Positions 25,705 to 40,216 are shown, numbered from the stretch's first letter. The stretch: DNA of 64,000 bases from Eledone cirrhosa (GCA_964016885.1 OZ024740.1:60698001-60762000), one strand, 5' to 3'. Notes: a model not told the origin generated them from the letters alone. Numbers and translations: made by a program.

Positions 25705-26039
25705 GGAGGCACATGGCTTAGTGGTTAGAGCATTGGCCTTGCAATTGAAAAGTTGTGAGTTCAATTCTCAGACCGGGTGATGTGTTGTTTCCTTGAGCAA
25801 GACACTTTATTTCACATTGCTCCAGTTGCTGTAGAAATGAGATGATAGGGACTGGGTTCCCTATCATTCCACTGCAAAGTGGACGTGTAGGCGCCACGGC
25901 AAAAAAGCACCCAGCACTCACTGTAAATGAGGTTGGTGTTAGGAAGGGCATCCAACTGTAGAAATCAAGCCAGAATCAGTTCCTGTCCCACCCTTGCAAG
26001 CAGGGAAAAGCGGGCGTAAAATGAAATGATGATGATGAT
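25705..26039 (+). mobile_element. SINE family 1
   Basis: Matches 4073-4413. Confidence 0.85.
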
Positions 26040-26413
26040 ATGAAAATAGGGAGAAAAAGACGATTATAAGGAAGAAAAATGTTTTTTTTTTCCATTTTAT
26101 TTTTTCTCTTTTTTCTGGGTTAGAAAATGTTTAAAACAAAATATTTTACTTTGTGTGAAGTGTTAAGGTATTAGTTAATTTATTTATTAATTAACAATGG
26201 CATTTATTTATTTATTTATATATTTAATAATTGTCTATTACCGGTTTCAGCATTTTATGCATTATCAAATTATAATAAATAAATTAACTAATAAATAAAT
26301 TAACTAATACCTTAACACTTCACACAAAGTAAAATATTTTGTTTTAAACATTTTCTAACCCAGAAAAAAGAAAAAAAAATATTTTCTTACTAATAATCGT
26401 CTTTTTCTCCCTG

Positions 26414-26468
<55 letters not shown>

Positions 26469-26512
26469 ATAGGGAGAAAAAGACGATTATTAGGAAGAAA
26501 AATATATTTTTC
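26038..26512. repeat. Fold-back element (arms ~26038-26194 / ~26284-26422) plus a third terminal copy at 26461-26512 after (TA)n
   Basis: Reverse-complement arms. The spacer holds a decayed minus-strand hammerhead core, TTGATAA tgcat aaa atgct GAAA ccgg TA (~26235-26270). Confidence 0.85.
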
Positions 26513-26750
26513 GCTTTTACTCTATGGGGTTTAATTCAAGAATTTGTCTCCCCTGCCTTTCTTGACCAGTGTTATCCATTGAGATATATGTGTATGTATG
26601 TGTGTGTATCTACAAGTAGAACACATGTCTTCTATCGTAGCTTTAATTTTACCAATACCTTGTTAGTGACTGGGTGAATTTAAAATAATGTCTGCACCAT
26701 TACCTCATTTATATTTATTTTTGCCATCACTTTTGAAGTTTTTACTATTA

Positions 26751-27407
26751 CTAGCAGAAAAACCACCATTCAGGTGGTTTTCTGTTAGCATGTGTAGTGT
26801 GTATATTGATATTATATGCAAGTATATATACATGTAGATATGATACATCAAATAAAACCGTAATTGACAATATACACAGAAATTGAACGAAGACTGCGTT
26901 ACACTGTCTTATGTAATCAGTAACGTAATCCATGATACATTAAAAAAAGACGATATTATATATCTGCTATCATGGGTAGTGTGTTATTGATATTATACGC
27001 AAGTATATGCATGTAGATATGATCAAATAAAATCATAATTGACAATATACACAGAAATTGAACGAAGACTGTGTTACACTGTCTTATGTAATCAGTAACG
27101 TAATCCATGATACATTAAAAAAAGACGATATTATATATAAACTGCATTAGGAGAAAATTAGTGACGGAAATATATGAATATTTATTTAAGCGATCGCAAA
27201 CCGGAAATGTCGACATTTGAACATTTTAAAGAAGTGAATCTTTAAATAAGTAATAAAATATATTTAATGAACAGCCACGAAATTTAGTAGATAAATTATG
27301 TAATATTCATTCATTATTTATTCAAAGTAATCCAACTTATTTTACTAAGGGATAAAAAATGATAAACCGTACGCAGTCCCGCGCTTCTTACTTTATTATA
27401 GTTTAGA
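26751..27407 (-). mobile_element. Non-autonomous Helitron with an internal ~175 bp tandem duplication
   Basis: The minus strand starts TCtaaactataataaag and ends with hairpin aaaaccacc-tgaat-ggtggtttt then CTAG, inserted between A and T. 26790-26963 is repeated at 26971-27138. Confidence 0.75.
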
Positions 27408-27892
27408 TTACTATTCCTATTAGTCCTTGTTGCTGTTGTTGTCAAGCCCCATGTTAACTCTAATTAAGAGGACATTTTCTGATTTAGGTACAAATCCAAC
27501 AATTTTGGGGACCGAGGAAAGTCAATTAAATTGACCCCAGTGCATTACTGGTGCTTTATTTTATCGACCCTGGTAAAGCTAACCATAGCAGGATTTGAAC
27601 TCAGAACATAAAGGCTGTAACTAAATGTCCCAAAGCATGTTGTCTGATGCTCTACCAATACTGCCAATCCACCACTCTGAAAAGACATATGATATAATGA
27701 AAGGCATTCTAGCTGTCACCATCTCATATTGTTGCAACTTTAAGATTACATTATACAATGTACCTCTCCAGTAGGATATAATTTCAGAGTATTTGACAGC
27801 TATTTCTCCCCAGTTGATTGTCCATATAGAGACTCTGACATTTCTTCTTGTTTTAGTCACTGTTACTGTTGTTATTATTTATCTCCAGGTTT

Positions 27893-28105
27893 AGGTCGGT
27901 GGATTGGCACGATCAGTAGAGCACCGGACACCATGCTTTGCAGCATAAAGTTATGGCCCTTTACGTTTTGAGTTCAAATCTCACTGAGGTTAGCTTTGCC
28001 TGTCATCCTTACAGGGTCGATAAAAGACCAGTAATGCACTGGAGTCGATTTAATCGACTTTCCCTTCCTCCAAAATTGCTGGCCTTGTGCCTAAATCAGA
28101 AACAA
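27893..28105 (+). mobile_element. SINE family 2 with 12-bp TSD
   Basis: ttatctccaggt at 27879-27890 and 28106-28117. Confidence 0.8.
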
Positions 28106-28371
28106 TTATCTCCAGGTCAGTCCTGATGTAGCAGACTTATGATCAAAAGCTTGCCAAATTTAGGGCTATATTGTCTAGTGTGTTCTTTCCTTATTTAAAA
28201 TGGTAGGATGTAATTTGAAGGGGCTTTGGTTGCAATTTCCAGCAGGGTGAGCAACCACAAAGAGACTCTAGCAATGACCACTGCAATTGCTGTTGTTATT
28301 GCTATTGTTGCTACACATGTTAACATTTTGATATCTGGTGGTCAAATTTACTATTTCTTTCTTTTTTTACT

Positions 28372-28515
28372 GTTGTTGTTGATGATGACAATGATGATGA
28401 TGATGGTGGTGGTGGTGGTGGTGGTAGTGGTGGTGGTGGTGGTGGTGGTGGTGGTGGTGGTGGTGGTGGTGGTGGTGGTGGTGGTGATCATGATGACGAT
28501 GAAGATGGTGGTGAT
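28372..28515. repeat. (GAT)n/(GGT)n trinucleotide tract
   Basis: Seen directly; it gives the poly-Val spurious ORF. Confidence 0.95.
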
Positions 28516-28587
28516 TCATTTATTAGAGTTGTCATCAGTAGTGAGAATCACAAACACACACATGTGCGCACGCACGCACGCACGCAC

Positions 28588-28625
<38 letters not shown>

Positions 28626-29017
28626 GTGGTCTTGTTTGGTCTATTACCATTTTTCTTCTTGCAACAGATTCAATTAAATGGTGCTTCATAGATACAATAG
28701 AGAATAGAGGCAAGAGAGGGGGCTAGTATAAAGGAGAGAGAGAGTGAGAGAGAGTGTATGAGAGAGAGAGTGAGTGAGAGTATGAAAGAGAGAGGGAGTA
28801 AGATAGAAGAGAAGAGAAAGAGAATGGGAAATAATAAACTATGATAGTAAGAATGAGAAAGACAAATAAATAAAAAGTTAAAAAAATAAAATGAAATGTT
28901 AATGAATTCTTTTCCAATAAATATATTAGCACTTCATTAATGTCACATCAGTTCTCAATCTTACACCCACTAAATACCATTTTCTCACAATCAATAAGCT
29001 TCTAGGGAATAATCATG

Positions 29018-29774
29018 GCACTACCACCACAACTACACTATCACAACTACACCATCACAACTACCATCATAACTACACCATCACAACTACCATCATAACT
29101 ACACCATCACAACTACACTATCACAACTACACCATCACAACTACCATCATAACTACCAGCACCAATTACCATCATCACTACCACCATCATTATCATCAAA
29201 ACTACCATCATCACTACCATCACCACTATAAATCATCACAACTACCATCATTACTATCATCATCACTACCATTACAGCAACCACCTTCACTAATACCATC
29301 ACTACCATCATCTCTACTATCACAGCTACCATCACTACTACTATCATCACTACCATCTCTACCCCCATCACTACCATTATCATCACAACTATCATCATCA
29401 CTACCATCATCACTACCATCACAGCAACCATCTTCACTAATACCATCCCTACCATCACAGCCACCATCATCCCTACCATCACAGCCACCATCATCTCTAC
29501 CATCACAGCCACCATCATCTCTACCATCATAGCCACCATCATCCCTACCATCACAGCCACCATCATCTCTACCATCACAGCCACCATCATCACTTTCATT
29601 GTCACTATCATCACCATTACCATCACAACTACCATCATCTCTACCATTACAGCTAATGTCATCTCTACCATCACAGCTACCATCATCTCTACTATCACAG
29701 CTATCATCATCACTTTCATTGTCACTACCATCATCTCTACCATCGCAACTACTATCATCAGTCCCATCATCATC
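29018..29774. repeat. Degenerate (CAT/CAC/ACT)n low-complexity array with ~24-bp higher-order units
   Basis: Repeated ctaccatcacagccaccatcatct; it gives the Met/Val spurious ORF. Confidence 0.9.
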
Positions 29775-31977
29775 TTATAATTTGATATAAGAATGTATAT
29801 TTATGCTTCTATTATTCTTCAACTGTTTCTAGCTTTGGCCAATGTTCCTATTAACCCTTTAGTTACTGATTTGCATGAAATGACAAAGGTTTTATAATTA
29901 AAAAAATATTCAATTTTAAAGAGTTCATATTTCAATTTAAACTTCCCAAACATAACCTTTTGTTAAGATATACTCTTTACACCATCTTAATAATGAAAAG
30001 GTCAGTTATTTTACTAAATCTTTCCTAATTCTTGCTTATTTTCAAAATTAATTGTAACATATGAATACATAGTATATTTCAATCAAAATTTGAAATATGG
30101 CAATGAAGAGGTTAACCTCTTTTGCAACCTGTCACAATTAGCATATTGACACCCCCTTCAGCCCTGAATTTCAGAGACATGGTTATGTGGTTAAGTAGTT
30201 TTCTTTGCAACCACATGGTTCCTGGCTTCATCGACGAAATGTCTTTGATGATTTGAATGTGACCTAGTTTTTACTCACTCATCTGAAATCATATGGATCT
30301 AGCAGCAAAACACAATCAGAGAGGTTGGAGGTGAGACTGGATTCAGGAATTGACAGACACTTGGCAGAGTTGATAAAAAGAAACAGTATGCAGGGCTGAC
30401 TGCACTCTTGTATTTGCTCTTTAATATTTAATTGTAGCCCCTCCTCTTTCAATGATTCCATATTAACTATTAGTTAAAGATGAAACAAAACAAAGTAGAA
30501 GTGTCTTTATTCTCTAACTTCTCTTCACAAAGAAGTCTATGAATTACTTTCTGCAACTCCCTTTCTATGAATAATCCTATAAATGTACTCATAACTGGAA
30601 TATGTGTCTTTCTTGCCATCCCCCAGGGCCATGATTTATCCACTCTGTCCACTGAGACCATGAGGCAGTTTATGCCTGGAGTTCTGTATGCCAGAGAGTG
30701 TTCGCCAACACCCACTATGCCCATATGATTGAGGAAGCAATGACTGAGTAGTCTTTCTCATATTTTCATCATCCGGCCTCTCTCTTACACACACACATTA
30801 GCAGCTGACAGGAATAGCAAATTACTAAAATTAAAAGCAGTTAAAATGAATGTTCCTTTTTAGCTTTTGTGATGTATGTGAGGAGTATGTTATCATAAAC
30901 TTACACACAAGACAAGCTTATTAACATGATAAAATAACAGGAAACAAGAACACAAAGATACGGACATAAAAAAGGGTCACAATGTCCAGTAATTATAATG
31001 ATGCTAATGTGACTCAACAGTTTTTCTCAAAATTTATTCATTTTAGTAAACAGGACACAAGAGTAACAATCATGTCATTTTTATGGGCTGCCATCAAATG
31101 TTTATACATAACCTCTGTTTCCTTTCTTCTTGTTGATAAATTTTTATGGCATCTAATATCTTGTTTTAACACTTTCATGACCATATTTCTCAAACGGAAA
31201 CACATTGCATATATATTTCAATTTATTTTGAAAATAATCAAGAATATGATTGATGCTTGGAATATAACTTAACCCCTTTGGAACCTAAGAATCTGAACAT
31301 GAAAGGAAAACGTCACTGGAAAAGTCTTCAGGCAAAAACAGATCCCAACTACTACCAAGGAATACAAAACAAAACAAAAAAGAAAAACAACTTCAAAATT
31401 CTTGACCATTACCAAACTGCCTGAAACTGCCATCTGGTCCTCTGATACAAAACTGTCTGTTTGAAAGTGTTTACATTTATCTCAAAACTTTCCATCATAA
31501 TTTTATGTAAGAACCTTTGTTTTGTTATGTTCCAAAAAACATCTTAATAATGAGATAGTTATATTACTAAATCCTTCCAAATTCTTGATTATTATTTTCA
31601 AAATTATTTGAAAATTATTGGCAATGTCTTTCATTAGAAATATGGTAAGGAAAAGGTTAAAAGGATCTTAGACACCAAAATTACAATATATATTTGTATA
31701 CATGCCGAGAAATATGTGACAAAAAAATCGATGGTAAAATGAGAGTCAGCTTATATTTGAGGTTAATATTTTGCCAATTTTCACCAACTTCAAAATTCTA
31801 CATTTGAAGGTGAATATTACACCAGTTTCACTTTTAAAGTTTAGAAAAGCCTAGTTTTGGTGTATAAACATTTAGTTATGGTGTCCTCAAAACAAACGTT
31901 GAACAAAGTGAAAGAAATGGCACGGTATAGAAGAATATGGTAATGAAGTTGTGAAACAAAGACTATACTTTAAATGA

Positions 31978-32260
31978 TACAGCCCACACTATAAAGTGGA
32001 CATGTGGGTGTCATGACAAAAAGCACCCAGTCCACACTGTAAAGTGGTCATGTAGGTGCCACAGCAAAAAGCACCCTGTACTCACTGTAAATGAGGTTGG
32101 CACTAGGAAGAGCATCCAGCTGTAGAAACCAAGCCAAAATCAGTTCAATATGAGTATGAAACGATCACCTAACCTAGCATTGTTCACAACAGGATAACTC
32201 GTCTAACCCATGCCAGCATGGAAAAAATGGACGTCAAACGTTGATGATGATGATGATGAT
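31978..32260 (+). mobile_element. RTE-B-like 3'UTR fragment
   Basis: Matches 23430-23666; (GAT)n tail. Confidence 0.8.
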
Positions 32261-32384
32261 ACTTTCCACTCATGAAAATTTCAAAAGCACACCATCTAAA
32301 TATGTGTTGATTATCTGCCTCAACATATAAACAGGGTTTGGATTTTTTACTCTTCCTCAATCACGAAATAGGGAATCAGCTTAT

Positions 32385-32766
32385 ATCATCATCACTGTTT
32401 TACGTCCGTTATTCCACGCTAGCATGGGTTAGACGGGTTGTCCTGTTGTGGGCAGTGTCCGGTCAGCTGACCTTCTCTTGCTCATATGGGAACTGATTCT
32501 GGCTTGATTTCTACAGCTGGATGCCCTTCCTAACACCAACCTCATTTACAGTGAGTGCTGGGTGCTTTTTTGCCGTGGCACCTCCACGACCACTTTGTAG
32601 TGGAATGATATGGACCCCAGTCCCTATCATCTCATTTCTACAGCTGAGTAAACTGGAGCAATGTGAAATAAAGTGTCTTGCTCAAGGAAACAACACATCA
32701 CCCCGGTCTGAGATTGAACTCACAACCTTTCGATTGCAAGCTCTAACCACTAAGCCATGTGCCTTC
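32385..32766 (-). mobile_element. SINE family 1 variant with a complete RTE-B terminus
   Basis: Head and body as at 13120-13369; the tail matches 721-900. Confidence 0.85.
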
Positions 32767-33584
32767 ATATATCTGAGTATATACTGTTATTTAAATATTA
32801 AGACTTTAAAATAAGAAGTTTTGTATATAGATCCACCAATAGCCCTGGGCCTTTCAGCTCTAAAAAAAGGGAAGAAAGAAAACTCAATATCTTCTCTTCA
32901 TTCTCATATAAATCAACCCAATGTTAAAATGCATCAAAACAAACTTAATGTTCTTTTCCTACTTTCTTCTCTTTATCATCTCACTCCTATTCTTGCATTT
33001 TACCTCCTCCCTCCCTCCCACCTCTCTCACTTGCTTCTCTGTTCTGTCTTTTATGTCAGTTTCTCTTCAGCTGTCCAGTTTCTCTTGCAGTGGCTATTAC
33101 AGTCTTGTTTTCTTTAAGTTACCTCAGTAAGACCTAAATGTCAAAATACTAAACACAATCTAATCAGATACTATTCAAAGTCCACTGCAACCTTGAAAAC
33201 TGAAAAGCCCATATTCCATAGCCTTTCAAGACTACTTATTTTCATGGTTACACTTCCTTTATCTATACAATAGCTTTGCACGGTTTCACCCTTGAATATT
33301 TTCAGATTTAAATCTACACTCTTCGAAATAGTACAATTTCTTGTTTACTTTAACCGAGTTGAAATACTGTTCACAGATGTAATAAGCCATTCTCAGAGGA
33401 TTTTGTTCAGTCTAGCTTTATTGCCATACTAACAAATGCTATCCAATTTTAATTTTTGCTTTAAACTCTCTCTCTCTGTTAAAAATATTATTTTGAAAAC
33501 TTGTTTACATTGTACACATGTTAAAATTTAAGCTATTACATCATATAAAAGATATTTTTAGACGGTATATGTCCACATATTATA

Positions 33585-33663
<79 letters not shown>

Positions 33664-33944
33664 CATCATCATCATCGTTTAGGCAGTGTCTCAGTATAGT
33701 CCCAGTTCAATGACTGAAGCCAGTAAAAGTAACAGAATATAACATTATATGGCTGTGTGTATCCAGTACATACACCATATCCCTGCATGTCATTAGAAGT
33801 GACTAATCAGGAAGAGCATTCAGCAGTAAAACATTGCCTCAAAACATCCTATCCAATTTTTGCCAGCATAGAGCTGATGATTACACACACACACACATAT
33901 ATATAAGTGTGTGTGTGTGTGTAGTTGATGACCGAGAGAAAAGA

Positions 33945-34012
33945 ACTAATCTGATGACCCTGTGAGAAGCAGGTGAAACTCCAGAATAACAGGACTCTGT
34001 GGACCTGTTATT
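33945..34012 (+). ncRNA. Partial hammerhead-like motif
   Basis: CTGATGA ccctg tgagaag caggt GAAAC, then hairpin aataacagg/cctgttatt. No clear UH site or stem I closure. Confidence 0.4.
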
Positions 34013-34081
34013 TTTATCTAAAGACATTTTTTTCCAATTCCAACCCGCCCGTCCCCTTAATCTATCTTATTTCTCATTCTT

Positions 34082-34117
34082 TCTTCTGATGAAGGACTAG
34101 CGTCCGAAACGTTAAGA
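34082..34117 (+). ncRNA. Minimal hammerhead motif (Penelope-like type)
   Basis: tctt CTGATGA a ggac tagc gtcc GAAA cg TT aaga. Loopless palindromic stem III. The element ends at (TA)n at 34205. Confidence 0.8.
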
Positions 34118-34204
34118 CCCTCTTCCTGCTATATCAAGCGTTAACCTAATATATTCCTTCCATATACTGTACCGATTGTGTTGTTATTTCTGTTTACCTT
34201 TTAC

Positions 34205-34235
<31 letters not shown>

Positions 34236-34307
34236 CTCTTTATTTAACTTTAATAAAATGAATACATACACACTAAAAAAACATAAATATATATCTATAT
34301 ATCAGAT

Positions 34308-34833
34308 GTAGGCAGACCCAGAAAAACCTGGGACGACTTGATAAAATCCGACCTCACACACTTACACCTCTCCAAGACAATGTCACTGGACCGAGATCTT
34401 TAGCGCTACGTAGTAATACAGAAGACCCGCCTTGCCTGAGTACAAAGTGTAACCTACAGTCAGTAGGCACCTTTTAACCAAAATACACTCCTGTCCCACT
34501 ACGCCTACCCCCACCTCCATCTACACCACCCCTTTCGATGTAAAGTTATGTTGGTACCACAACATCCAGTCCTAAATAAATGAGGTTGTGTAGGCGTCAC
34601 GACAAAAAAACACACAGTCCACGCTGTATTGTGGCCATGTAGGTAACACGGTAAAAACCTCCCAGTCCACACTGTAAACGGGGTTGGTGTTAGGAAGGGC
34701 ATCCAGCTGTAGAAAACCCGCCAAACAGTCCTGAGCAAGACAACCAATCTTGCCTCAAGTGGGACAATTCCCGTCCAGACCCATGCTAGCATGGAAGATG
34801 GACGTTAAACGATGATGATGATGATGATGATAT
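34308..34833 (+). mobile_element. RTE-A short 3' fragment
   Basis: GRPRKTWDDLIKSDL, then 3'UTR and (GAT)n. Confidence 0.9.
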
Positions 34834-36142
34834 ATATATATATCATAATCTATTTTTAGAAATATTGAATGAGTTATGAATTCTTTTTTGAAATAAAGTT
34901 AATTTAACTCAGAGTTAACGGCTACAACACACGTTATGCTTACAATTTTATTATATTGAACTAAAAGCTCATGGATTCTGAGTTTATAGATATGGCCTTT
35001 TGCTATATCTCTGGAAAATAAATTTGGTATGCTCCAGTTCAACTAGATATGTGATATAGTAACTAGATTTTCTGAAAATGTTACATTCCATATCATGACA
35101 TCTAGTCTCAGGAGGCTGTATCTTGCATCTTCTTAATAGTGCAGAAACTGAAACTAAACCCTAGGTTTCTATCAGTTCATAGGTTTTTAGAAGAATATTT
35201 ATCGATGAATTTATTATACTTTCATTTTCTTCTATGTTATAAATGTCTTGGCTAAATGAGTCAGCCATACTGCTCAAATGGGTGAAATTTATATTTCATC
35301 AGCAAAGCTATGTTGTGTTCATGGTAAAGAGAGGGAGGTATTGAACTGGGAATAATGCAGTACACCTAACTGTAAATATGGTACTTTGAAAAATATGGTT
35401 CCCTGCTGTAAGTTGTCAAAGTAATGCTGAGCAATATTCTCCCAAGGGTTTAGATTGAAATATATTGCAATCACTTTAAAATGTACAGATATGAATTTAC
35501 AGATAACTAAGTTGATAGAGTGTTGGTTTACAAATTAAAAGATTTATGGTTCATATTACATTATCAGCACTGATGAGGACTATGTCTCAATGATCCTGTA
35601 TATAAAGCAGTAAAGTAGTACTATTACTCTCTGGTGCAATGCAGTGAATTGGCAGGGTTATTAGAAGATCAGATAGGATGCTTTGTACAATATTTTCTGG
35701 TTCTCTGTGCTCTGAGTTCAAATTCGGTCAATAAATAAAGTACCAGTTCAGTACTGGGGATTTGACACTTCCTCTCTCCCTCTCTGGAGAAATTAGCTTC
35801 ATTCAGACATGGAGAAGGGATGGACTCCACCAGGTTTAAAGAGTCCAAGGCCTGCCATATGTCATGATAGCACTTCTATGACTCCAACAACAATTATGAG
35901 TCTGTACATACACACTTTCTCATGCAAATAATAGTAGTGCCATATGATGGATAATCTTTGACTAACTCTATAAAGTTTAAATTCACCCATGACTATAGTC
36001 TACAGAATATGTAATGAGCATCACTAAATTGATTTGTGTAACCCTAACCCCAACAACTTAATAGGGTTATGAGGGGTTAACCTTGTCTTTTAAAGTTTTC
36101 CTTTCCCCTATACTAATGTCACCCAAATCCCTTTCATCAACA

Positions 36143-36368
36143 TTGGTGGATTGGCAGTGTTGGCAGAGCATCAGACAACCTGCTTCATGGCAGAGAGTTG
36201 CGGCCCTTTACGTTCTGAGTTCAAATCCCGCCGAGGTTAGCTTTGCCTTTCATCCTTGTGGGGTCGATAAATAAAGCACCAGTAATGCACTGGGATCGAT
36301 TTAATCAATTTTCCTATCCCCCATAAAATTGCTGGCTTTGTACCTAAAGTAGAAACATTTATTATTAT
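36143..36368 (+). mobile_element. SINE family 2
   Basis: GAGTTCAAATCCC B-box plus the GGGGTCGATAAA core. Confidence 0.8.
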
Positions 36369-38299
36369 ATGCACTTTCAGTAGTACCCCTGCCACTTCCT
36401 CACCTCCATCATCTACAATTCCAGCAATCAGTGAAGGAGCTTCTGTATGATTACTCCACCTACAAGAAATAACAGCTAAAATCTCCCTCAAATTACACCT
36501 TACCATCTTAAATAAGTAAAGGATACATTGGATAATATAGTACTAGACATACCCTTTAAAAAATAAGATGGTCATGGCTGGAATGCCTTTGATCCTTTGT
36601 CTACCTGAGGTTAAACAATACATCAGGACATCAGCAACACTTGCAGTACCATCACCACCATTACCACATTTCACCAGCATCAATTCTACCACATCACCTC
36701 CACCACTAACATCACCATTACAACCACACCACCACCACCAACACAATCCCCACCACCAAGATCATCACTATTGTCTTTATTACAATTATCATAGCCATTG
36801 TTGCACTGTTGCAACAAAGAATCATATTAAAATACTTAAGCCTACAGCAAAATTTAAAAAATAATATTTCATTCTATATTGTCATTTATTACAACTGACT
36901 TATTTTATTCTTTTACTGATAAGCAGCAATCATTCTTTTCAATTAAGTCTTTGACAAACACTGAAGATGATGATGATGAGGAGGATAATGAAGAGATGAT
37001 AGATAACTCATTCTCTATAGTTCTCACCTTAAATTTCACAATTTCTTTGTAAGGAACAGGGTGTGTGTATTAAATTAATAGTTGATTGGTTTTTAATATT
37101 TGCCATATAATAATAATGTTTTCTCTCTCCACCCACTCCCAAATTTACATGTCATTCCTAATATCAAGTTTGTAAGATTACAGATTACAGTCTTTTTTAA
37201 ATCATTAACCTCACTGTATTACTGTTGCATAATTTATTCACTTTGATGGAGATGAAAAGAAAAGTCAATTTCAGTGTGAAATGAAGCCACAATACTAAGG
37301 TATTCAACTAGAAATGTAAAGTATTTAAATCCCCTCTTTACCATCGTCATCATCATCATCATCGTTTAACATCAGTTTTCCCTGCTAGCCGAGCCAAGAA
37401 GGGAGCCACTTAACATAGCAGCCAAATTTCCCTGTAATCAAAGCCTACAAAAGAAAGATATATTAGACCATGCAGTTTTAGATACACTATGTTAGACAAA
37501 ACTAAAATGAGATGAGTCATAACAGGAATGCCTTTCATGATAAGGTCATGACAATGGTTAACCATGCCTAAGCAGCAAGAACAAAAATCCACACTAATTC
37601 TTATGGTTATATCTAATGATTGTATAGTTTAGCAGTCTATTTTTAAAAAATAGTATTTTACTCTCATCTGAAAATAAATACTATTTCAAATTATAACATT
37701 TCTTTGGATCATATCTATAAATCCCTGATTCTAAAATGTTAATGCGTCTCAAACTTTTGCTATCATGACTTTTTTTGGCAAATTAATCCTCCCAAACTGG
37801 CTCTGGTTCTATTGGGACAAAGCCAAATGTTTTAAAGGATTCGTATTTAAATAAAAATCTTGCAACATAATGTTATTTAAGAACTATATGTTAAGTTACA
37901 ATCTTAATTATGAAATAATTAATAATTTTATCAAACCTCTTAAAGCTCTTCATTAATTAATTGAAATAGAGTGCATTCCTTTAGAAATATGGTTGCAAAA
38001 GGGTTAATATTTAAATAAAAAGCAATCTATATATATGGTGAATTTATTTTCTTTGTCTTTGCATGAACTTTACATTTTGATGCCCCTCCTATCACAAATC
38101 ATTTTATAACATATCTTGGTTAATGTTTCAGCAGCACTAGGGAGGTTCTCTGCAAAAGGACTAAATCTTCTCTTCTACTCTATATCAGTTCTTTTTCAGG
38201 TAGCTTTACCACTTATGGAATCGATACCTTCATGCTTTCCTTTTTCTTCGGCATGTTTTTTTATAGCCAGGTTTCCACAGAAGAAAGGAGGTATTCGTG

Positions 38300-38530
38300 C
38301 CAACCCTAACTCATGGTCATGAATCTTGGGTAATAACCAAAAGAATACGATTGCAAATACAAACAGCCGAAATGGGGTTCCTCAGAAGGGTCTGCAGGGT
38401 AACGTTACTCGATAGAGTGTATAGCTTGGAGATCAGAGAGTCACTTCAGAGAGTTACTTCTCCAAATTGAGAGATCACAGTTCCGATACTATGGGCATAT
38501 GGTTAGAATGTCTCGGGAAAGAATCGATGG
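38300..38530 (+). mobile_element. Old RTE family D fragment
   Basis: Broken translation resembling AEMGFLRRV..VTLLDRV.S.EIRESL...IERSQFRYYGHMVRM. Confidence 0.65.
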
Positions 38531-39589
38531 TTGGATAACATCCACAAGGTTGGCTGGTCTCGTTTGGGGATCCAGCCAGATCAGTTAGAGACGGTTTATT
38601 CTGACAGGACCTGCTGGAAGGGGTGTTTGCGGACTCTGCCACCCCCACCACACACCCATGACCCTCTCAGGAATAAGTGAGCAAAGAAGAAGAAAAAGAA
38701 GGATTCCCTGTGTGAAATGAATGGATTTTAACATGCCAGAACAGACTAAAGAGTCCCTTTTACTGTGAGTGTGTTTTTATTTAGAGATACTCCCTGTCTA
38801 GACAGGTTGCCTATGCTGTGGCTTATGGAATCCACATTTTCATTCATTCCTTTCAGTTCAATTGGTCAAACATCTACAGGGCATGTAGTGAGTGGAAATG
38901 AGATTTGCCCTAAATACTTGACGACTGTAATAATTGTTATTCAGATCATTTTCTTGATAGAAAATGAAAGCAACAAGAAAATAAGAAAATAACTACATTT
39001 TAGCCATCAACATCAATATTCATTTAACATTACATTATCATTTTCAGTGAGAATTCCTTCAAAACCCCCAAACCACTACCATTGTTATGTCTTTCAATGA
39101 ATGGTAGATTCCCACCTCCCCTACTTTCAGTAGTTTTGCTTTATAATATATTTCCTTAATGTAATTACATTAAGAATTTTTTCCTGCTATATTTTGAAAC
39201 ATTACTTTTAATGAACTGTCTTTGGTCATTTAGTTTATCGATTTAAAACTTTAATATCCTTTACATTGAAATAAATTAATTAACCCTTTCAACAAGAATC
39301 CTCCAAAAACTGCCTCGATTAAGGTGTTTAAATTTTAAATTCAAATTTTGGGTTAAGATTTTATTAATGTATGAAAGATGCTAATGAACAAAGATGATAT
39401 AGGGTAGGGCGGAATCTTTAGTCTTGCCAAGGACAAAAGAACTCAGTACATTCTGTAAAGTGATTGCCAAATGAATGGAGAATGTAAAATAAAGAAAACC
39501 CTTTAATTTTACTGTAAACATGGTGTCTTTTCTAGTGATGATACCATGATGAAATGTGTCCAGTACACTCTATAAAGGGGTTGGCAATA

Positions 39590-39918
39590 CAGTGTACCCC
39601 TGGCATTTGCGGTTCTGATTATTCGCAAAATTTTCCTCAGAACCTAACTAATAATTGTTCATGGAAACCACCACATATTCACAGAATCTTAAATATCTTC
39701 TGCAATTTTTTAATGGCTTTTTTCGTGGCAATATATATTTATTTTACGCTTTATAAAGCTAAATTATTAATAACAATATACTGTATTTGCCGACCTACAT
39801 TTTACATTACGTTTTGACATCTATAGACATTTTTATGGACCACATCCAATATTCCTGGTTTTTCCCTCTTCGCGGGTGCTCTAGGAATGTAACTCCCATG
39901 AATACCGGGGGACAACTG
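39590..39918. mobile_element. TA-flanked Tigger/pogo-type MITE
   Basis: TA-CAGTGTACCCCTGG ... CCGGGGGACAACTG-TA. Confidence 0.7.
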
Positions 39919-40216
39919 TATATATAAATGAGACATTGTCCATAACCCATCTAGTAGAGCAACTCTAAATAAGAAATTGGTCAATAACAAATTTGTCCAA
40001 CCCATGCCAGCATAGAAAGGTAAATGTAAAATCATAACGTTGTGTAGGCTGTTAGAATTCTTAATAATTTTGAAAATTAAAACACAAAGACAATAATTGA
40101 TGTTAGAAATAGAGTCACAAAAGAGCTAACTGACATATCTCTTATATATTGTGCTTGGCATTATCAATTATTATACTCTCTTAATATATGTTGTTGCCAT
40201 GGCTGTTGTTGTTTAA

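Noticed and set aside
28226-29790. Poly-Val and Met/Val-rich ORFs
   Set aside because: Translations of trinucleotide low-complexity repeats.
30240-30305. TTGATGA...GAAAtc atatg gaTC hammerhead-like string
   Set aside because: Core mismatch and no stem I pairing; not associated with (TA)n.
35565-35600. CTGATGA-ggac tat gtct hairpin
   Set aside because: Not followed by GAAA or stem III.
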